From an uncultured Gammaproteobacteria bacterium (GTDB lineage Bacteria; Pseudomonadota; Gammaproteobacteria; UBA9214), in the NCBI GenBank assembly GCA_963827755.1, contig CAWHCQ010000025.1, positions 1 through 13,634 of the forward strand: a DNA stretch of 13,634 nucleotides. Direction: 5' to 3'. Under the pieces are notes generated by a model, which was not told the DNA's origin, did not search any database, and worked only from the letters and a program-made list of their open reading frames with translations. A program made the position numbers and the translations under genes. Within the stretch, counting starts at the first letter, position 1, and each line of letters opens with the position of its first letter. Positions 8,173-13,634 of the stretch are shown piece after piece.

Positions 8173-8208
8173 TGGCTTACTGTAGCGGTTACCTTATTGT
8201 AGTACCCA

Positions 8209-8240
8209 ATCATACCAGTCAAGCGACAGGTTTATGATAG
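8209..8240 (-). promoter_or_regulatory. Pho-box-like site plus extended -10 element upstream of the Nudix-PhoU/kinase operon
   Basis: Minus strand 8240-8223 reads CTATCATAAACCTGTCGC, a 15/18 match to the PhoB-type box CTGTCATAAAACTGTCAC. TGgTATGAT follows (-10 at 8214-8209). Box-to--10 spacing is 8 nt versus about 10 in E. coli phoA/pstS. Confidence 0.5.
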
Positions 8241-8302
8241 CAGTCTTTAGAAGACGGACTAACCCGGAATCCTGTTTGATACAGGTTCGCAACCGACCTT
8301 GA

Positions 8303-9526
8303 ATGAACTTGACGGACCTGCCTGTGCCAGCACATAAACCGATCAGAATCACCCGCAGCGTGCAGCTGCCCGACCGGGTGCGGCTCAGCCGCTACCTGAA
8401 GGCGCCCGAACTGGGACCACGCATTTTGTTTTTCAGCGGCGGCACCGCCCTCACCGCTACCAGCCGTCATCTCAAACGCTACACGCACAATTCCATACAC
8501 CTGGTCACGCCCTTTGATTCCGGCGGCAGCTCGGCCAAGCTGCGCCGGGCCTTCTCCATGCCGTCGATTGGCGACCTCCGCAGCCGGCTGGTAGCCCTCG
8601 CTGATGAAAACGTTACCGGGCACCCGGAAGTTTACCGCTTATTCACCTATCGCTTTCCCGAAAATCAGCCGGCCAGTGAACTCTTGGCAAGACTTGACCT
8701 GATGATCAAGGGCAAGGAGCCACTGGTGGCGGCGATCTCCAACCCCATGCGCCGGCTCATCCGCAACCAGCTGGGCTATTTCCGCGAGGCCATGCCGGAT
8801 GATTTCGATCTGCGCGGCGCCAGCACCGGCAACCTGATTCTCGCCGGCGGCTATCTGAATAACCACAAGCACCTGGATCCGATCATTTTCCTGTTCTCGA
8901 AACTGGTCAACGTGCAGGGCACGGTGCTCGCCGTGGTCAATGACAACCTGCACCTGGCGGCAGAGCTGGAAGACGGCAGTTGCGTGACCGGCCAGCATCG
9001 ACTGACCGGCAAGGAAGTTGCGCCGCTGCAGTCGCCTGTCAGCCGGCTGTTCCTGTCCAGTCAGGTCGACAGGCCTGTACCCGCAAAGGCAGAAATGCGC
9101 AAAAAGTACCGCCGGCTGATACAGCAGGCGGAACTCATCTGCTACCCTCCCGGCAGCTTCTATACAAGCCTGGTGGCCAGCCTGTTGCCGGGGGGCGTCG
9201 GCTCGGCCATTGCCGGGACCGATTGCCCGAAAGTCTACATACCCAACCTCGGCCATGACCCGGAACAAATCGGCATGACCCTGGACAGTTCCGTAGCAAC
9301 CCTGCTCGATTACCTGCGCGCCGATAACCCGGACAAGTGCCCCGGCGAAAAACTGCTGAACTTTGTTCTCATGGACAGCAAACGGGGCAAATACCTGTCA
9401 CCGATATCAGCACCTGCCTTGCAGAAGCAGGGCATCCGGGTCATCGATACCCGGCTGATCAGCCGGCAAAGCGCCCCGTATTATGATCCGGAACTGCTGG
9501 TTTCTGCGTTGCTGTCACTGACCTGA
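8303..9526 (+). CDS. GAK system CofD-like protein (CofD/YvcK/UPF0052 family), about 407 aa
   Basis: FSGGTAL, VTPFDSGGSS, SIGDLR, GNLIL, G.H.LTGKE, PPGSFYTSL and KVYIPN are CofD/YvcK family motifs. Divergent from the GAK operon. The exact start is uncertain. Confidence 0.9.
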   Translation: MNLTDLPVPAHKPIRITRSVQLPDRVRLSRYLKAPELGPRILFFSGGTALTATSRHLKRYTHNSIHLVTPFDSGGSSAKLRRAFSMPSIGDLRSRLVALADENVTGHPEVYRLFTYRFPENQPASELLARLDLMIKGKEPLVAAISNPMRRLIRNQLGYFREAMPDDFDLRGASTGNLILAGGYLNNHKHLDPIIFLFSKLVNVQGTVLAVVNDNLHLAAELEDGSCVTGQHRLTGKEVAPLQSPVSRLFLSSQVDRPVPAKAEMRKKYRRLIQQAELICYPPGSFYTSLVASLLPGGVGSAIAGTDCPKVYIPNLGHDPEQIGMTLDSSVATLLDYLRADNPDKCPGEKLLNFVLMDSKRGKYLSPISAPALQKQGIRVIDTRLISRQSAPYYDPELLVSALLSLT

Positions 9527-9528
9527 GG

Positions 9529-10782
9529 TCAGCTGTCGTGGCTGTCCGGGCCACGGTGAGGGAGTTGTATGCTGACCTTGTCGATGCTGCGATCCGTCGC
9601 CCTGACGATCGTGACATCCAGGTTGTCGATAGTGAATTCTTCTTTTTCGCTGGGAATATATTCCGTATAGCCGAGGATCCATAAACTTACTGTATCGGTC
9701 GGTTTGCCGGGAAGATCCACATCAAAGAAATGTTCCACCACCCGCAGTTCAGTCGAGCCTTCCACGATGATTTCAGTTCCGGAAATACTGTCGACCTCAA
9801 GTGGTCCGACATCACTTTCATCATAGATCTCACCAACCAGTTCCTCGAGCAGGTCTTCAAGTGTAATGATACCGCGCACATCACCGTATTCATCCACGAC
9901 AATCGCAAACACCCGGTTACGCCGCCTGAATGTGGCAAACAGGTCATCGATCACCTGGTACTGAGATACAAACAAAGGATTGTGGGCAATATCAGCCAGT
10001 CGTTCTTCCGCCTGACCGTTCGCTGAAGCCTTCAACAGGTCCCTCAGATACAGCACCTTCGTAAGGTTATCCTTCTGTCCTTCATACAGGGGGATGCGGG
10101 AATAGTGCGCCTGCACAACTTTCGGCAACGCCTCGGCTACCGTAAGAGAGGCTTTCAGGGAAAATATCCTGCCCTTGGGTGTCATGACATCCCGGACCTT
10201 CAGGTCATTGAAGGCAAATACCCGCTCGATAATTTTCCTTTCATGATGTTCGATGGCGCCTTCATCAACACCGTATCCCAGCATACCGATCAATTCAGAC
10301 TCGGTAACCGTGGGGTCGCTCTCGCCGCCCGTGAGGCGATGAATCCAGCTGGTAAAATGGCTGAAGAACCATACCAGGGGATAGATCAGGCGCATGAATG
10401 CCAGCAAGGGATAGGCGATGAACAGGGAAATGCGTTCGGAATAACGTGTCGCCAGACTCTTGGGGGTGATTTCACCGAACACCAGAATAAAAAATGTAAG
10501 CAGGCCAACGGCAATTCCCGGTCCGGCACTGCCAAACTCCCGTGTCGCAATGACAGTGGCCAGCGCAGAGGCCGCTATATTGACGAGGTTATTTCCAATC
10601 AGTATCGTCGTAAGCATGGCGGATGGATCTTTTTTCAGCTTATAAAGAGCTGATGCGCCGTGGCGACCTTCATTGACAAGTCCTTCGACCCGCGCCAGGG
10701 ACAGGGTCACCAGGGCCGTCTCGGAACCGGAGAACACACCCGAGAGAATCAGCAATACCAGCAATGCTGCAAATTCGTTCAT
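9529..10782 (-). CDS. CNNM/CorB (HlyC/CorC/TlyC 'hemolysin' family) Mg2+ transporter-type protein: DUF21 + CBS pair + CorC_HlyC, 417 aa
   Basis: FSGSETAL, TILIGNNLVN, FGEITPKS, VRDVMTP, YSRIPLY, AIVVDEYG, TLEDLLEELVGEIYDE. Confidence 0.93.
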   Translation of the reverse strand: MNEFAALLVLLILSGVFSGSETALVTLSLARVEGLVNEGRHGASALYKLKKDPSAMLTTILIGNNLVNIAASALATVIATREFGSAGPGIAVGLLTFFILVFGEITPKSLATRYSERISLFIAYPLLAFMRLIYPLVWFFSHFTSWIHRLTGGESDPTVTESELIGMLGYGVDEGAIEHHERKIIERVFAFNDLKVRDVMTPKGRIFSLKASLTVAEALPKVVQAHYSRIPLYEGQKDNLTKVLYLRDLLKASANGQAEERLADIAHNPLFVSQYQVIDDLFATFRRRNRVFAIVVDEYGDVRGIITLEDLLEELVGEIYDESDVGPLEVDSISGTEIIVEGSTELRVVEHFFDVDLPGKPTDTVSLWILGYTEYIPSEKEEFTIDNLDVTIVRATDRSIDKVSIQLPHRGPDSHDS

Positions 10783-10794
10783 CGCTTGCCAATA

Positions 10795-11359
10795 AACCTA
10801 CCAGTGTCACGGTGCCGCGTAAACAGGTTCCTTGATGACGCGTCGCCGCAATTCCTGCACCATGTCAGCGAGCGGCAAATCCAGGGGCAGAAAGAAAATA
10901 TTTGACCTTGGCGTCATCAGTTCCGCGACCGTCTTACGGCCGAAATCGAACGGGTGCGATAACTCTCGCAAAGAACTCGATCGGACGACTCTGCAGGCTG
11001 GCAAAGGCGACATTGTTGCGGATTGCCAGCGTCTTTGGTGTAATCTCGCCGAACAGCAGCAGAATCGGTACCATGATGAACAGGTTCACGAATTTGTTCT
11101 CGGCCCCGAGCAACTGGATAACGATTGCCGCTGAAATCACGGATGCGGCCACATTGACGAATTCATTACGCGGATCCAGGCGCCTTGGCTGGCTCAGCAG
11201 GCGTTCAATCAGGTTCAGGTTCGGATCGTCATCACGGCGCATCTGCTCCAGCTGGATCTTGTTCAGCGAGAACAGGCTGGTTTCTGAACTGGAAAAAAAC
11301 GCGGAGAACCCCATCAGGACGATAAACAGCGCTACTTCAATCCACAGTGTTATATCCAC
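10795..11359 (-). pseudogene. Eroded second CNNM/CorB paralog (DUF21 plus a fragment of the first CBS domain)
   Basis: GTG at 11359 with GAGGA RBS. FFSSSETSL and FGEITPKT are intact, but the TILIG segment before NEFVN is lost. A frameshifting deletion near 10950 joins ...APVR directly to FDFGRKTVAELMTPRS. Small indels follow near 10845-10795, and the C-terminal half is absent. Confidence 0.8.
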
Positions 11360-11532
11360 CCGGTGTTTTCCTCATCTTTATGATTCTTCTGATCGATGTT
11401 GCAAACCTGTTTGCAGTAGTGCCACAATGGTAAAACATTCTGCTGAAACATAACAATATTTCAGACTTGTGGCCTCATTAATATTTATGAGAATGGATTC
11501 CGGGATCTGTCGGTGTAGCCGTGTTGGTCGCT

Positions 11533-11576
11533 CGCAAGCGCTTGCAGAGGTATATTCCCTGCAAGGGACGCTTGCG
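11533..11576 (+). other. GC-rich hairpin immediately upstream of the CHAD gene
   Basis: CGCAAGCG-CTTGCAG (11533-11547) pairs with CTGCAAG-gga-CGCTTGCG (11559-11576), giving 15 bp with a 3-nt bulge. No U-tract on either side. Confidence 0.4.
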
Positions 11577-11587
11577 GTAATGACTGC

Positions 11588-13147
11588 GTGAGTACGTCAC
11601 TGGAATTTCTGCTCCCTTCCCCGCTCGGCGCCGACGAGTTGCTTGCCGGGGTAAAGCAGGCGTTCAGGCACCAGGCCGATGCCCCCCGCATGCTGCAACG
11701 CACCTGGTATGACAGCTTTGACTGGCGGCTGTACTCGGGCAATTCCATACTCGAGGATAGCCGTGACGGCGACGGGCACATGCTTGTATGGCGGACGCTG
11801 AAAGACAAGCGCGCTGATGCCCGGCTGAAAGTGCAGAAGGTGCCCAGGTTTGCCCGGGACCTGCCAAAGGGCCACTTTCGCGAGCGGCTTGAAAAGCTGC
11901 TGGAAATGCGCGAACTCGCCGTGAAAGTCAGGGTCCGTTCCAGGATCAATACCCTGCGCATTCTCAACCTGGACGACAAAACCGTCGCCTACCTGGTCGT
12001 CGAGGAGAGCACCCTGCCGCGACAGCAAGGCACTCGTTCCACCCGGCTGGGTGACCGCGCGATCGTCATCCCGGTCAGGGGCTACCAAAAACCCTGCAAG
12101 CAAGTGACCTGCCTTCTCGAGGAGCTGGGCCTGACCATGGCAGGCGATGACATCATGCTGGTAGCCCTTTCCGCTATCGGGGTAACACCGTGCAACTACT
12201 CCAGCAAACTGGACCTGACACTGGATCCCGCCATGCGCGCGGACCAGGCAAGCAAGCTCATCCTGCACCGGCTGCTCGATATCATGTTGCAAAACGAGGC
12301 CGGCACGCGCGCGGGTAGAGACACTGAATTCCTGCATGATTTCCGGGTCGCGATCCGCCGCACCCGTTCTGCCCTGACCCAGATCAAGAAGGTATTCCCG
12401 AAACGGACAGTCGCCCGCTACAAAAAAGAATTTGCCTGGTTGGGGCTGATGACCGGCCCCAGCCGTGACCTGGATGTTTATTTACTGAATTTTGACGAAT
12501 ACCGTGCCAGTTTGCCCGCGTCCATGCAGGCCGATATCGAAGCACTGCGCGATTTCCTCATCAGGCACCAGCAGAGTGAACTCAAGGCCCTGGTCAAGGC
12601 ACTGGATTCAGCACGCTATCGGCGGCTGATCAAGAGCTGGCGCAGCTTCCTGGAGCAGCCGGTCAATGAGCGCACGACGCTGAAAAATGCAGGCCGACCC
12701 GTCATCAATGTTGCCAGCAAGCGGATCTGGAGTGTCTACCGGCTTATCCTCAGGGAAGGTGCGGCCATTAAACCGCAGACCCCGGCAGAAGCATTGCATG
12801 AACTGCGCAAGACCGGCAAGAAACTGCGTTACCTGATGGAGTTTTTCCAGAGCCTGTATCCTGCGGCCGAAATCAGTAAACTGATCAGGGCGTTGAAGTT
12901 GCTACAGGACAACCTGGGTAATTTCCAGGATTACGAGGTTCAGGTGATAACCCTGAAAAAATTCAGCCACCAGATGGTAGCCGAAGGCGGGGTTTCAGCA
13001 GATACGCTCCTGGCCATGGGCATGCTTATCGACGGCCTGGAAAGACGCCAGCATCAGGCACGGTGGGAGTTTGCCGGGCGCTTCGCGAATTTCTCCCTGC
13101 TGGAAAATCAGGAGCAGTTCCGGAAACTGTTCGCATCCAGCCATTAG
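11588..13147 (+). CDS. CHAD-domain protein (polyphosphate-binding) with an N-terminal CYTH/TTM-like region, 519 aa
   Basis: CHAD motifs EFLHDFRVAIRRTRSAL, RDLDV, LHELRKTGKKLRY and LQDNLGNFQD. The N-terminal ~200 aa includes RTWYDSFDWRL, resembling the CYTH Y.DT.D..L segment. Confidence 0.9.
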   Translation: MSTSLEFLLPSPLGADELLAGVKQAFRHQADAPRMLQRTWYDSFDWRLYSGNSILEDSRDGDGHMLVWRTLKDKRADARLKVQKVPRFARDLPKGHFRERLEKLLEMRELAVKVRVRSRINTLRILNLDDKTVAYLVVEESTLPRQQGTRSTRLGDRAIVIPVRGYQKPCKQVTCLLEELGLTMAGDDIMLVALSAIGVTPCNYSSKLDLTLDPAMRADQASKLILHRLLDIMLQNEAGTRAGRDTEFLHDFRVAIRRTRSALTQIKKVFPKRTVARYKKEFAWLGLMTGPSRDLDVYLLNFDEYRASLPASMQADIEALRDFLIRHQQSELKALVKALDSARYRRLIKSWRSFLEQPVNERTTLKNAGRPVINVASKRIWSVYRLILREGAAIKPQTPAEALHELRKTGKKLRYLMEFFQSLYPAAEISKLIRALKLLQDNLGNFQDYEVQVITLKKFSHQMVAEGGVSADTLLAMGMLIDGLERRQHQARWEFAGRFANFSLLENQEQFRKLFASSH

Positions 13148-13163
13148 CCGGGGAACCACGCGC

Positions 13164-13634
13164 TTGAAAGTAATCGCCACATACAACATCAAGGGGGGTG
13201 TCGGGAAAACCGCCACCGCCGTCAATCTTGCCTGGCTTGCGGCCCGCGAAGGTGCGCCCACGCTTGTCTGGGATCTCGATCCACAGGGCGCCGCAAGCTA
13301 CTATTACCGTATCAAGCCGAAGATCAAGGGCGGCGGCAAACGCCTGGTCCAGGGCAAACGTGACCTCGATGATTTTATCCGCGGCACCGACTATGCACTC
13401 CTCGATCTCCTGCCGGCGGATTTTTCCTACCGGAACATGGACCTTTTCCTGGACCAGACGAAAAACCCGCTACGCCAGATACACAAACTGCTAAAGCCCT
13501 TCAGGAAAGAATACTATTACGTATTCCTGGACTGTCCACCGAGTATTTCACTGGTATCGGAAAACATCTTCGAGGCGGCCAGCGCGGTGCTGGTGCCGAC
13601 CATTCCAACCACCCTGTCATTGCGTACCCATGAA
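13164..13634 (+). CDS. ParA/Soj-family ATPase (partial; runs off the right edge of the window)
   Basis: Absent from the ORF track; translated by hand. TTG at 13164 gives MKVIATYNIKGGVGKT (deviant Walker A), WDLDPQG, LLPAD, FLDCPP (Walker B) and VLVPTIP. The frame is open to the window end and starts 16 nt after the CHAD stop. Confidence 0.92.
   Translation, partial: MKVIATYNIKGGVGKTATAVNLAWLAAREGAPTLVWDLDPQGAASYYYRIKPKIKGGGKRLVQGKRDLDDFIRGTDYALLDLLPADFSYRNMDLFLDQTKNPLRQIHKLLKPFRKEYYYVFLDCPPSISLVSENIFEAASAVLVPTIPTTLSLRTHE

Noticed and set aside
8303-9526. Naming the gene cofD (F420 biosynthesis) or yvcK/glmR
   Set aside because: No other F420 genes and no rapZ/whiA context. The length and neighbours fit the GAK-associated subfamily.
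1-9526. Anti-phage defence or RiPP cluster interpretation
   Set aside because: No nuclease, toxin, effector, repeat-core precursor peptide, protease or exporter is visible. The context is dominated by phosphate metabolism, though this cannot be fully excluded.
9529-10782. Hemolysin or virulence factor interpretation
   Set aside because: 'Hemolysin' is a legacy label for CNNM/CorB Mg2+ homeostasis proteins. Nothing here indicates a toxin.
8219-12337. Antisense ORFs 8219..8623, 8639..9268, 10105..10653, 10902..11453, 11485..11979 and 11597..12337
   Set aside because: They overlap the CofD-like, CNNM or CHAD genes on the opposite strand and lack protein-family signatures.
13198-13494. 98-aa plus-strand ORF in the track
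   Set aside because: Wrong frame. The real gene is the ParA frame starting at 13164.

Overview
Bacterial DNA of moderately high GC, plausibly gammaproteobacterial (inference only). Almost every gene handles phosphoryl groups. A long minus-strand cluster (8172 to <1) encodes, in order: Nudix hydrolase, PhoU-like/APH-type kinase fusion, RimK-like ATP-grasp enzyme, HprK-related kinase B, SixA-type histidine phosphatase-Nudix fusion, histidine phosphatase, calcineurin-like metallophosphoesterase, amphi-Trp protein, and a third, frameshifted histidine phosphatase. A divergent CofD/YvcK-like gene completes what I recognise as the functionally uncharacterised 'GAK' (Grasp/Amphi-Trp/Kinase) system. 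Next to it lie a CNNM/CorB-type Mg2+ transporter-family gene, an eroded tandem paralog of it, and a CHAD (polyphosphate-binding) protein followed by an orphan ParA-family ATPase. A Pho-box-like site precedes the main operon, and a 165-bp REP/MITE-like palindromic element interrupts it. The best hypothesis is a phosphate-responsive polyphosphate/phospho-metabolite system with a possible granule-positioning module. All family calls come from reading motifs by eye; no database search was run.
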